DNA of 64,000 bases from a virus (IMGVR_UViG_3300036975_000017:4499-68498); one strand, 5' to 3'. Shown: positions 38,002-47,133, counted from the first letter of the stretch. Program-made: numbers and translations. Notes: generated from the letters alone by a model not told the origin.

Positions 38002-39110
38002 CAACTGGCGGACCGCTGCACGAACTCTATCTATCACGACCGGACGGAACGCGCATCTCATTAATCGATACCGCGCAGCGTTTTGATTATACCCGCGCCC
38101 TGAACGACACTGGTACATTTACACTAACGCTGCCGGGTGACTTTGACGACACTTTTTTACAAGACGGCTACCGCGTTGAATTTTGGTACAAACCTGAAGG
38201 CGGAACCATCTTTCTTGATTTCCTGGGTTTCATCCACAAACCGAACTATATCACCGATCAGGAGGGTCGCGAGAATATTATCGTGACTGGTATTGATCCA
38301 ATCGGGCTATTGAAGCGCCACCACGTTGCATATGATAGCGGTACGTCACAAGCAAAAAAAAGCGGCGCGGCTGACGATGTAATGAAAGAAATTGTTGACG
38401 AAAATTTTAGCACGAGCGCCACGGATACCGACCGGCGTATTAGCACAGAGTATCTAACTGTTGCCGGTATTTTTTCGCTAGGGCCTACGGTAAGTAAATC
38501 TTTCGCTAGGCGAAATGTTCTGACCGTCTTGCGCGAAATTGGAGCTGACGCCTTTGAAAACGGCACGCCGGTATATTTTGATCTCGTGCGTATCAGTCAG
38601 AACGAATTACAATTCCAAACCTTTATAAACCAGCGCGGTAGAGATCAACGTTTCGCCAGCGGTTCCGGTCTCGTCTTTAGCACCGAGCGTGGCAACTTGC
38701 GCGTACCGGATTATTCATTGGATTTTAGCGACGAGGTAAACGCTATTTATGTGGGCGGGCAAGGGCAAGGCACAGACCGCCAAGTCGTGCAGCGCGAAGA
38801 TACTACACGCACCGGGCGCAACATTTGGGCGCGGCGCGAAAAGTTCATCGACCAACGAAATACCAATGCAACGGCGAGCTTGAACAGTGAAGGTGATTCG
38901 GCTTTACGCGCTGGTATCCCGCGCAAGCGATTTAGCGGCGAACTCGTGTCAACCGATGAAACGCAGTACGGGAGAGACTGGAATTTCGGCGACCGCGTTA
39001 GCGCCGAAGCATACGGTCAAATTTTTGATGGTATTATTCGGGCGATTAACGTTTCGCGTGACGGAAAGGGATATGTGGCAATCACAGCGCGCCTAGAGGT
39101 CGAAGAATGA
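37998..39110 (+). CDS. Minor tail/baseplate hub protein (ReqiPepy6 gp37-like)
   Basis: LN..GTFTL, N.IYVGGQGQG..R, YGRDWNFGDRV. Confidence 0.75.
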   Translation: MTTGGPLHELYLSRPDGTRISLIDTAQRFDYTRALNDTGTFTLTLPGDFDDTFLQDGYRVEFWYKPEGGTIFLDFLGFIHKPNYITDQEGRENIIVTGIDPIGLLKRHHVAYDSGTSQAKKSGAADDVMKEIVDENFSTSATDTDRRISTEYLTVAGIFSLGPTVSKSFARRNVLTVLREIGADAFENGTPVYFDLVRISQNELQFQTFINQRGRDQRFASGSGLVFSTERGNLRVPDYSLDFSDEVNAIYVGGQGQGTDRQVVQREDTTRTGRNIWARREKFIDQRNTNATASLNSEGDSALRAGIPRKRFSGELVSTDETQYGRDWNFGDRVSAEAYGQIFDGIIRAINVSRDGKGYVAITARLEVEE

Positions 39111-40780
39111 CGATAAACGAACAGATGTTGAGGCGAATCATAACTCTAGAAAGACGCGCTGACTATTTTGATACACTAGAAGAGCGCGAAACGTTTACGA
39201 TTGCCACGCTTCCGGCAAGCGCTGCTAATGGCGCGGTTGTCTATGTCTCAGACGGTCTAAAGTCTGGCGAAGTATCAGGAAGTGGTACGGGTTCCTGGGC
39301 GATGTGGAATGATACTGCGAGTGAGTGGGAATATTTTTGTATTGGCGATTATGTACAATTGCTTGACGGTGTAACGAAAACCGTCAAGGCGGCGGGCGGC
39401 GACTACACCACCATTCAGGACGCAATTGATTTTTTCTCTGGTGGCAAGCTGGTCACCGATTGTACAATTGAAGTTGACGCGGGGACATATAGTGAGGCGT
39501 TGACTATTTCTTCAGATCTTCACACGACCGGATCGAGTGAATTATTGATTGAGGGCGACACGCGCGATCTCGCGGGTTTGAGTTATGTAAATGGCGTAGA
39601 CAGTTCAACAGCAACCTGGGCAGCGGCAACAGGCTATACTGCTGCAACAAGTAAGGTTGTGCCAACAACGATTAATGGACTTTATTACCGCGCTACGACA
39701 ACCGGCACAAGTGGCGGCGCTGAACCGGCGTGGCCTACCGCAATCGGCGGTACTGTAGTGGACAATACGGTAACATGGCTAGCCGAAGGTGTTCCGGTAA
39801 ATCGTGCTGCCCAAACGAACGGCGGTACAACAAGCGGCGCATGTCAACTCGTGCGTAGCGGCGGAAGCAACGAAATTTTGACAGTAACGGTTGCCACGGT
39901 CGATCCTGACTTTGACGCTGATTCTTGGGGGAACGGCGACAAGGTACTGGTGTGGGATGGCTCAGCTTTAAGCGAACTTACAATTAGCTCCACTTCAAAT
40001 AATACAATTACCGTAACAACGTCTTGGCCGGCAGGTATCGAGTCTTTTGGCGGCGCGTTTACACTATTACCAGATCGCATCATTTCACAATCTGGTGGTA
40101 GTAATCCGGTGACGGTAACCGGCTCCGGTGCGAAATTTCAAGGATTTTATTTTAAATCGGAATCATCAAGCGTGTATTCAATTTTTGCGGAGGGGGGCGA
40201 TTTAGTTGTTGAAAACTCCGCAATTTATGCTGACACAATTGGTATATTTGCACAGTTCTCGCGAGTTGAAAGCGCAACAACCAGCCTATCAATTATAACC
40301 GACGCGGATCGTTGCGTTTTGACGGGATCGGCGGCACAGATTAAGGTGCGCCGATCTGTATTTATAAATGGTCGCGTTGTGGCTGCCGACCTTTCGTTTA
40401 TCATTTGTGACACATCGGTACTGACACGCGCAACCGCGAACGTTGGCTATCAGATCGCACGCAACGGCGCGGGTATGGAGGCATTTTTCTGCTATGCGCT
40501 TAATGCGTCCAGTGGGTATGAATGTACCTCTGGTGGCTCTATGCGTGCGCAATCGAGCTTTGCGTATAGTTGCACAAATGGTATTTTTGCACAATACAAT
40601 TCAATTATTCAAGCTGTGTCGGCAAGCGCACGCGACTGCACAACTGGTTTTCGCGCAACCATCGCGGGTGTAATTGACGCGCGTGCTACGAGTACGCTTG
40701 TGTACAATAATACAACAGATTACAACCCCGCCGCAGACGCAACGGCAGCAACCGACGGCGCGGTTATAGATAGGAGCTAG
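39107..40780 (+). CDS. Tail fibre/receptor-binding protein
   Basis: GGDYTTIQDAI...I.VDAGTYSE (beta-helix start), TWAAATGY...GTSGGAEPAWPT module, C-terminal beta-helix repeats. Confidence 0.75.
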   Translation: MTINEQMLRRIITLERRADYFDTLEERETFTIATLPASAANGAVVYVSDGLKSGEVSGSGTGSWAMWNDTASEWEYFCIGDYVQLLDGVTKTVKAAGGDYTTIQDAIDFFSGGKLVTDCTIEVDAGTYSEALTISSDLHTTGSSELLIEGDTRDLAGLSYVNGVDSSTATWAAATGYTAATSKVVPTTINGLYYRATTTGTSGGAEPAWPTAIGGTVVDNTVTWLAEGVPVNRAAQTNGGTTSGACQLVRSGGSNEILTVTVATVDPDFDADSWGNGDKVLVWDGSALSELTISSTSNNTITVTTSWPAGIESFGGAFTLLPDRIISQSGGSNPVTVTGSGAKFQGFYFKSESSSVYSIFAEGGDLVVENSAIYADTIGIFAQFSRVESATTSLSIITDADRCVLTGSAAQIKVRRSVFINGRVVAADLSFIICDTSVLTRATANVGYQIARNGAGMEAFFCYALNASSGYECTSGGSMRAQSSFAYSCTNGIFAQYNSIIQAVSASARDCTTGFRATIAGVIDARATSTLVYNNTTDYNPAADATAATDGAVIDRS

Positions 40781-40782
40781 AT

Positions 40783-41220
40783 GTGTGGCTGATAATTTAT
40801 CCCGACAATGGCGAAGTAACTGCAAATACGGTTTATCAAGTAGACGAAGTAAAGCCGCAGGATAGTGATTATCCGGCATTCAAAATAAAATTCTGGAACG
40901 GTCGTGTACCATGCAAAGAAAGCTTTGATCCCGAAAACGGCGCACTCATCCCCGGCGACATCGACCCTACCCTACACGCCAACTTAGACGAACGCAAAAG
41001 CGCCGCCTATGCCACCGATGGCATATCTGATAAAATGATGCTCGATGCGCTATGGCGACACGTCATTGAAGCGCGGCAGGATGATAGCGAGCAAGTTCAA
41101 GCGCGCCGTGTTCGTATCGCAGAACATGAAACACGACGCACGCGCACAATCAACAAAACTAGACGAGAGGTAAAAAAGGTATGGCAACGCCAAATTCGGG
41201 TCAGTGGGCCGTTGACCTAA
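40783..41220 (+). CDS. Tail fibre-associated protein (putative chaperone)
   Basis: Position directly after the fibre gene. Confidence 0.45.
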   Translation: MWLIIYPDNGEVTANTVYQVDEVKPQDSDYPAFKIKFWNGRVPCKESFDPENGALIPGDIDPTLHANLDERKSAAYATDGISDKMMLDALWRHVIEARQDDSEQVQARRVRIAEHETRRTRTINKTRREVKKVWQRQIRVSGPLT

Positions 41221-41474
41221 GCAATTGGAGCGCAGACCAGTTAGCGGTATATCGAAACGCAAGCCGTCTGCTCGATGAGTACAATGATACCGGGTTGGTG
41301 GCAATTATCACCGCGCTTCCGAATGGTAGTGATTTAGTTCCTGGTATGGGAGACCTGACCAGGGATGATGTGACTAACGGCATCAATACGATAAACAGCT
41401 TGATTTCTGACATGGAGGCGGGGCATCGAACCAATTTGAACAAGATCATCGCAACTCACCCGCCGACGGCATAA
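41181..41474 (+). CDS. Hypothetical protein
   Basis: Overlap-coupled. Confidence 0.5.
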   Translation: MATPNSGQWAVDLSNWSADQLAVYRNASRLLDEYNDTGLVAIITALPNGSDLVPGMGDLTRDDVTNGINTINSLISDMEAGHRTNLNKIIATHPPTA

Positions 41475-41495
41475 GGTAATCTAAATGAGCGACTA

Positions 41496-42080
41496 ATGGA
41501 TCAGGGTCTCGCCTCCGAATTCATAGCGTTGGTCGAGCGCCACCTTTCAACGGAAGGCGAGCGTCACGCGATTTTACAGAAGTGTTGTACAGGGTTATTG
41601 CCGCGACTAGACCTTACCCAACCCGCGCATGTATTCGCAGCGAACGCCTGGGCGCTGCTAAATGCTTACGGTGAGCTAAAGCCGGGGAAACCGGCAGTGG
41701 TTGCGTTTTTAGAAGAACTGCGTAACAATGTTGGCGTAGATCAAATTAGGATTATCGATGATTTAATTTTGGCAATTACCGACACGCATATGGCAACAAT
41801 CGCACCACCACCAACTACCGATGATTCTGTCGAGGTCTGGAAGCTCAAAACGCTTTATGATCTCGGTAAAGGCTTTGCTTCACTTACCGAGCGTGTATCA
41901 CTTGCGTGTGATGCAGTTGAAAAAATAGACACATTAACCGAGGCGGTTGATCGTATTGACGAACAAACAAGAATAAATCGGCGTGGTATGATATTCAATC
42001 GTGTCTTTTTTTTTACGATTATAACGGCTGATGTCCTTGTTTTAATTTTAGTCTTGGCATCCACGGGGATTCTAGCATGA
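41496..42080 (+). CDS. EAD-like helical domain plus coiled coil plus C-terminal TM helix
   Basis: N-terminal ~85 aa aligns with 48949-49266; TM VFFFTIITADVLVLILVLA. Confidence 0.55.
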   Translation: MDQGLASEFIALVERHLSTEGERHAILQKCCTGLLPRLDLTQPAHVFAANAWALLNAYGELKPGKPAVVAFLEELRNNVGVDQIRIIDDLILAITDTHMATIAPPPTTDDSVEVWKLKTLYDLGKGFASLTERVSLACDAVEKIDTLTEAVDRIDEQTRINRRGMIFNRVFFFTIITADVLVLILVLASTGILA

Positions 42081-42202
42081 ACGGGTTTACGAAGGTTCTC
42101 GCGGTTATCGCGTTGGTTTTGACGATAATTGTTATCTTAGTTTTGATTGCCGTTGCACTGTCTGGCGCAACCGCGCCGGCTATTTTGTTCTTAGGAGCTT
42201 AA
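42077..42202 (+). CDS. 41-aa membrane peptide (absent from the ORF track)
   Basis: ATGA-coupled; MNGFTKVLAVIALVLTIIVILVLIAVALSG... Confidence 0.55.
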   Translation: MNGFTKVLAVIALVLTIIVILVLIAVALSGATAPAILFLGA

Positions 42203-42203
42203 A

Positions 42204-42626
42204 ATGAAAAACTTGCTTTTGTTCGTGGTCGTTCTGGCGCTGCTTGGTGGCGCTCAAACTGTGGTAGCTCAGGAAGATACCGCCGTCAGTATCGAAGGCG
42301 TTCTGTTGCCAGAGTGGGCTAATCAACTTGCCTTTGGGACCGTCGCGCTCTCCTCGTTTGCATGGGGGGCGGTCGAGATCATCAAGTGGATTCTAAAAAT
42401 CATCGGCGTTTACAAGGACGGGTGGGGGCGCTACATCGTTTTCGTCGTGGTGGCTGCGCTTGTCGTGTTGGCGCTAGGGGCTGAAATGCTTGATGCTCAG
42501 GCGCTAGTAGATGAAAAAGTTGAATGGGTTTACCAGCTAATGCAATTCTTCCTGGCGTTAATTGGCGCGCCGATTGTGCATCAAACTGTGAAGAAAAGCG
42601 GTTTGTTGCCATCGAGCGAAGAATAG
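42204..42626 (+). CDS. Holin-like multi-pass membrane protein
   Basis: Signal-like N-terminus, about three TM helices, end of the late operon. Confidence 0.5.
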   Translation: MKNLLLFVVVLALLGGAQTVVAQEDTAVSIEGVLLPEWANQLAFGTVALSSFAWGAVEIIKWILKIIGVYKDGWGRYIVFVVVAALVVLALGAEMLDAQALVDEKVEWVYQLMQFFLALIGAPIVHQTVKKSGLLPSSEE

Positions 42627-42634
42627 CCTATAAT
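42606..42634 (+). promoter_or_regulatory. Promoter at the end of the holin-like gene
   Basis: TTGCCA-17 bp-TATAAT. Confidence 0.55.
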
Positions 42635-42640
42635 TCACCT

Positions 42641-42780
42641 GTAAGCTCTGGTACAGGCGGAGCAGAGCCAAGCACAGAACCTTTGATGCGCTAGCGCTGA
42701 AACCAGTCTGCTGCCGAAACAGCCACAGTAGGCGCGAATCAAAAAAAGCCCCGACCGTTTGGCCGGGGCTTTGTCTTTTC
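42641..42780 (+). ncRNA. Candidate small RNA with H-type pseudoknot
   Basis: Promoter, then an ORF-free structured segment, then a terminator. Confidence 0.35.
42741..42780. terminator. Bidirectional intrinsic terminator between the convergent arms
   Basis: A7-GCCCCGACC-loop-GGCCGGGGC-TTTGTCTTTT. Confidence 0.8.
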
Positions 42781-42860
42781 TGTTGACTATGATAAAATGC
42801 CATTAAGTTAATGGCTTGTACAGACACGAGATCGCGCGGGCACGACTGCGCGATTTTGGT

Positions 42861-43277
42861 TTATGACGTGTAAATTTCTATGCTTTCATAGTCACAATAA
42901 AACTTACCGTCTTGCATATTGGATCTCATAACAAAAAACTTCCCCGATAGCCATTTCTGGCTCGCGATGGGCAATCTTAAATTAACGTAACTTCTGGGCT
43001 TCATGCATGGCGCGGCGGATTCCATAACGATATGCACGTTCCACTTTTGCGTATCTGGTGTATCAAGCCATCCAGTAATTGAAATGGCATCGACCTTCTG
43101 ATTATTGAGATCAAAATTACAACTCCATACCTCGAAGTTTGGTACAGGATGCCGGCTTTGATATTCGCGCGAAAAATAAAAGTCGTCGCACCTATGACTT
43201 AGCTCCGGCTCCATGCCAGTACGCTTGTCATCGGTCGAGAGCGCAGGCTCCAGGCCGGTCGAGTCGTTATCGCTCAT
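42861..43277 (-). CDS. Hypothetical protein
   Basis: Coupled leftward ORF. Confidence 0.55.
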   Translation of the reverse strand: MSDNDSTGLEPALSTDDKRTGMEPELSHRCDDFYFSREYQSRHPVPNFEVWSCNFDLNNQKVDAISITGWLDTPDTQKWNVHIVMESAAPCMKPRSYVNLRLPIASQKWLSGKFFVMRSNMQDGKFYCDYESIEIYTS

Positions 43278-43663
43278 TTCTCCACCTTCGCAAAATCAAG
43301 CAACCGCTTGAGCGTTGTCAATTTCTGCCGGTTATTCACCGACGAAATCTCACAGCCAAGCCCGTCAACTCTTGTAAGCCTAAAAGCCGCCGCGAATGTA
43401 ACTATTGCCTCGCGGAGCTCGGCGTTTTCAACCTGCAATCGCTTAATCATATCCTCCTGCACCAGTAACGGCTGAAGCGCGTCAATCGCTTCGTCCAGTT
43501 CGGCGTTTTCGGCTTCCAGTTTCTCAACGCGCGCTTTGAGTGCTCGCATCCGCTCAGCAATTGTGCGCTGAAATGCGTTACCTTCTGCCGCGAGTTCGGC
43601 CAACGTCTCGGTTGATATTTGCGCGGCCATCTCTGGGTTCCAGGCTATGGTTTTGTCAATCAT
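43274..43663 (-). CDS. Coiled-coil hypothetical protein
   Basis: Repeated LEAENAEL/LQVENAEL. Confidence 0.6.
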   Translation of the reverse strand: MIDKTIAWNPEMAAQISTETLAELAAEGNAFQRTIAERMRALKARVEKLEAENAELDEAIDALQPLLVQEDMIKRLQVENAELREAIVTFAAAFRLTRVDGLGCEISSVNNRQKLTTLKRLLDFAKVEK

Positions 43664-43893
43664 TCTTTAATCGCCTCATAAAACTTCGTCGTCCAATCAA
43701 GCAAAAACTTCGCCAGATCATCCACGGGGTAGTCGTGATGTTCCTCGTTTTCATCCCATCGCCCGACCGTCACCGTGCCGTCAGGCGCTATATCTATGCA
43801 TGCGTCGCCGACGCCGACGCCCCAATCCCAGAATGAGAACATCACACCGCCATCGCGCCGTTGCAAGATTTCCCATTTAGGCCCGTTACTCAT
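43660..43893 (-). CDS. Hypothetical protein
   Basis: GAGG SD, ATGA-coupled. Confidence 0.55.
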   Translation of the reverse strand: MSNGPKWEILQRRDGGVMFSFWDWGVGVGDACIDIAPDGTVTVGRWDENEEHHDYPVDDLAKFLLDWTTKFYEAIKE

Positions 43894-44074
43894 TCCTCAC
43901 CTCGCTTCAACTTCTTCGCCGACAAAAGGTGCACAAACAGAAGCCACTGATAAAACTCAGTATGCGCTTTATTCGTTTCGTCCATGCGTATTTACCTCAC
44001 CAGGGAAGGGGGTTAAAACCATCCCCGTCACCCGTTTTACTTCTTTGCCTAAATGCAACACAACATCTCAAGGG

Positions 44075-45385
44075 TTACAAAATCGGCTTGCCATCCGACC
44101 CAAAAACAAGCTGCCGCTCTGTCTGCTTTGTCTGCTCGTGTCTGCCTGTGTCTTCTGTCTTGTCGTGTCTGCCGGACGGTACAACAAAATCGGGACAGGG
44201 CCAGTCGGGGAAGGGGGACACGATAGAAACGCGCTTAAGGCGCGCGATTACACTTTCTCTATCCGCCGCCAAGACATAGCCGGTCTGTACGGTTTCGCCA
44301 CGCAGTTTTAACGCGCCAAGCTGCCGCATTAGTCGTGTCGCCGCCGCCGCTTGCTCTTTGTTGATCTGGAGCACTTCGGCGATATGGCGAGCACTGAAAT
44401 TATCAAGCTCGACAATGGCAAGAAATAGTTGTCGGTATGGTTCAAAGGCGGCTTGTTCTGCCGTTTTACGCACCGACTTTAATGTCTGTCGTAGGCGTTC
44501 GTCTTCAGCGTCGAACACGACCACCTCCTCTGCGTTTTCCGGCTTTTCGCTTTCCTCAACCGGATCAACTTCTGGCGAACGACGCACCAACCAGTACATT
44601 CCGCTTCCGATAAAAACAACAAGCCCTAGCGTCAAACACTTCAAATCGAGCAGCGCCGGCTTGTATTCAGTGGCAACCGGCGCAAATACCACCGCAGGCG
44701 CAACGGTCGGCGTGATTGTTGGTGTCACGGTCGGTGTCGCCGTCGCCGTGGGTGTACTCGTGACCGTCGCCGTCTGGCTCGGTGTGTGCGTTGCCCAAAT
44801 CGCGCGCTTCGTTTCTGTCGCCGCCTTGAGCATTGCATACCACGTCGCGTTTGCACGATCCACTTCCGCAGTCGCATTCAGGTCGGGCGTCGGCGTCTTG
44901 CTCGGTGTCAGTGTCGGCGTGTTGGTCGGGCGCGGCGTTGGCGTCAGTGTCTTGCTTGGTACAGCCGTCGGGAACGGGGTAACTGTCGGCGAATAGGTAG
45001 CGGTGGGTTGGCGCGTCGCTGTTTGCGTTGGTAGCGTGGCGAACGTTGCCACGTCTGTTTGAGCGGCGCTTACCGCTGTGGGGAGTGCAGGAATGAAGAT
45101 CACTGCACTTCCCCCAACCAACAGTAAGATAAAAACCGAACAGGCTAATGGAAAAAAACGCCGGGCGCGCACCTCCGGCGCGTAGTGGACTTGGTGTTCA
45201 ATCGGCGGCAGGGTAGGCAACGGCTCACCTGTGCGCTTGCGGCGCATGGCGGTAGTCTCGATAACCGGGCGTCGCTTGCGCTGCGCTGTCTCGCGTGCGT
45301 GTTGCGCACCGATGACGTTTTTAGGATCGTTAGGACCGCTATCGCTGAAGAATTCCGAGATAGGGTCGCCGTTGCTATAGTTCAT
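44075..45385 (-). CDS. Two-TM membrane protein with Thr/Pro-rich linker and C-terminal HTH-like region
   Basis: Two hydrophobic helices flanking (TPT)n; FSARHIAEVLQIN...LMRQLGAL. Confidence 0.7.
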   Translation of the reverse strand: MNYSNGDPISEFFSDSGPNDPKNVIGAQHARETAQRKRRPVIETTAMRRKRTGEPLPTLPPIEHQVHYAPEVRARRFFPLACSVFILLLVGGSAVIFIPALPTAVSAAQTDVATFATLPTQTATRQPTATYSPTVTPFPTAVPSKTLTPTPRPTNTPTLTPSKTPTPDLNATAEVDRANATWYAMLKAATETKRAIWATHTPSQTATVTSTPTATATPTVTPTITPTVAPAVVFAPVATEYKPALLDLKCLTLGLVVFIGSGMYWLVRRSPEVDPVEESEKPENAEEVVVFDAEDERLRQTLKSVRKTAEQAAFEPYRQLFLAIVELDNFSARHIAEVLQINKEQAAAATRLMRQLGALKLRGETVQTGYVLAADRESVIARLKRVSIVSPFPDWPCPDFVVPSGRHDKTEDTGRHEQTKQTERQLVFGSDGKPIL

Positions 45386-45394
45386 TTTCTACCC

Positions 45395-45634
45395 CTATTT
45401 AAACACGCCTAGTATCGCCAATACCACGACAACCAATCCCAGTATGCAGGCTACCGCCACAAGAGCCAAAACGAACGACCATACGCCGGAAACGTCCATC
45501 GCCGTGCGATAGACTTCGTAACTCTCCTCGTCCATACTGGCGCGTAGTTGCGCCTCACCGAGGAGAGAGAATGTGCCGTTTATCAGTATGATGAAAATTA
45601 CAACAACCGCCACCGCCTGTCCCAACTTTTCCAT
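45395..45634 (-). CDS. Small two-TM membrane protein
   Basis: Two hydrophobic helices. Confidence 0.6.
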   Translation of the reverse strand: MEKLGQAVAVVVIFIILINGTFSLLGEAQLRASMDEESYEVYRTAMDVSGVWSFVLALVAVACILGLVVVVLAILGVFK

Positions 45635-45727
45635 CTCAATACCCCTTTTTATACATATCTATCCCCATTGCGATAAATGCAATTCCTAGTACGATAAGCG
45701 CGCAAGGTGCAAGATTTAAAAGTTCGT

Positions 45728-46717
45728 TCATTTCCACACCCTTTCCCGGCGCGCATACTTCGCCAGTCCCCGCGCGTTTGCTGTCACCGGGTCGTCAAGC
45801 AGGGTAACACCGCGATAACCCATCGCCTGTACCGTGTTCTTAACCAATCGTGCGCCACCGCCTACCAGCAGCGTCACCGCTGCGGTGTTTTCGCCATTGG
45901 GCCAAACGCGACCAATCTCAGCGGCGACCTGTGAGAGCCATTCATTGCGCGCGCCATCCACTAGCGCAATAATATCATTGCCGGCGGTCGTGAAAGACGC
46001 TTTCTTTTCGAGTAGTTCATTAGCTACCGCTAGCGACACGGCTTCACCATACTCGCCGTAGATTGCATCTTTCAGTGCCTTAGCTGCCCACGAGAAGCCG
46101 AGGGGCGCACCGCCCGATAGCGCCGGTACATGCTTTGCGTCGTGCATGACCGTGAGGTCAAGTGTATTGCTCCCCACATCGACCACGGCGAAATTGAATT
46201 CTTCTTCTTGGCGACTGAGACGCCAAGTTCCATTTTCGTCAAGCGCATACTCATAGAACGCGCCGGCGGGTTGGGCGCGGGCGAGAACTTTTTGTACATT
46301 GACGCCATAAGATTTGTCATCAACGGTAAAGACGTGTTGCCCCTGTAGCCAAGCGCGCAGCTTGCGCGCGGTTGTTGCCGCATCGCCGGACATCAAAACG
46401 CCAACCGGAAGCCCGGCGACGATACGTAGATCATGCGATCCGGCGGGCAGTAGTTGCGCCAACGCTGCATAGGTCAACGCGCGGGTTTCCCAGGCATCGC
46501 CAAAGATGTCTCGGTCGGTGCGCATGTCCGCACCGCGCTTGCCCACGTAGACGGTTGCACCATTGAACCGTACAACTGTCTCGGTTTCTTTCTTTACGCC
46601 GTGCATTCGCACTTGCGGCGCTTGCGTGGCAAGGGAGCGAACACACGCCGTTACCGCGTCGGGGGTGAGCGCTGCCTTAAATCTATGGTTGGCGATGTCT
46701 ATTGACAATGATTGCAT
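45728..46717 (-). CDS. parM: ParM/StbA-like actin-fold ATPase
   Basis: SIDIANHRFK (phosphate 1), IVAGLPV, AQPAGA, VVDVGSNTLD (phosphate 2), LLVGGGA, DPVTANARG; start MQSLS has an AGGAG SD. Confidence 0.85.
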   Translation of the reverse strand: MQSLSIDIANHRFKAALTPDAVTACVRSLATQAPQVRMHGVKKETETVVRFNGATVYVGKRGADMRTDRDIFGDAWETRALTYAALAQLLPAGSHDLRIVAGLPVGVLMSGDAATTARKLRAWLQGQHVFTVDDKSYGVNVQKVLARAQPAGAFYEYALDENGTWRLSRQEEEFNFAVVDVGSNTLDLTVMHDAKHVPALSGGAPLGFSWAAKALKDAIYGEYGEAVSLAVANELLEKKASFTTAGNDIIALVDGARNEWLSQVAAEIGRVWPNGENTAAVTLLVGGGARLVKNTVQAMGYRGVTLLDDPVTANARGLAKYARRERVWK

Positions 46718-46727
46718 TCGTTTTCTC

Positions 46728-47054
46728 CTAATCCCACGGCATCGCTTCATCAAGCGACGACGCGATAGCTTCCGTTTCGATGGCTTCCCGCACCTCACCC
46801 GGCGCGACTTGTAGTTGATAACGCGATAGTACCGCCTCGACAATGCGTTCTATAGCATCGAGATCGATTGCGGTCAACGCGCCCCTTTGTGTTTGCGTCT
46901 GACCATTTAGTCCTGCGCGCAGCAGCCCCCGAACAATCTCAGCTTTATTCACAGTACGCGGATCACGTTCGCCAAGCTCAGCAAAAAAATTGCACAGGTC
47001 AGCGTCACGCTTTGGGTCTAATGGTGTGTTCGGTACTCGTGTAATTTCGATCAT
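46728..47054 (-). CDS. ParR-like ribbon-helix-helix adaptor
   Basis: LDPKRDADL...NKAEIVRGLLR; directly upstream of the ParM-like gene. Confidence 0.6.
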   Translation of the reverse strand: MIEITRVPNTPLDPKRDADLCNFFAELGERDPRTVNKAEIVRGLLRAGLNGQTQTQRGALTAIDLDAIERIVEAVLSRYQLQVAPGEVREAIETEAIASSLDEAMPWD

Positions 47055-47095
47055 GCACAATATTGTACAGTATTATGCAATACTGCGCAAGTCAA
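47054..47095 (-). promoter_or_regulatory. Par operon promoter with overlapping inverted repeats
   Basis: TTGACT-17 bp-TACTGT; palindromes CAGTATT-4-AATACTG and TGCACAAT/ATTGTACA. Confidence 0.5.
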
Positions 47096-47100
47096 GAATC

Positions 47101-47133
47101 AAAAAACGCGACGCTCCACATTAGAGCGCCGCG
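47101..47133 (-). terminator. Intrinsic terminator
   Basis: CGCGGCGCTC-loop-GAGCGTCGCG followed by T6. Confidence 0.7.

Noticed and set aside
44358-44996. 212-aa plus-strand ORF
   Set aside because: Antisense shadow of the Thr/Pro-rich gene.
46717-46843. Arg-rich N-terminal extension of ParM in the ORF track
   Set aside because: Overlaps the ParR-like gene; the SD and actin motif support a start at 46717.
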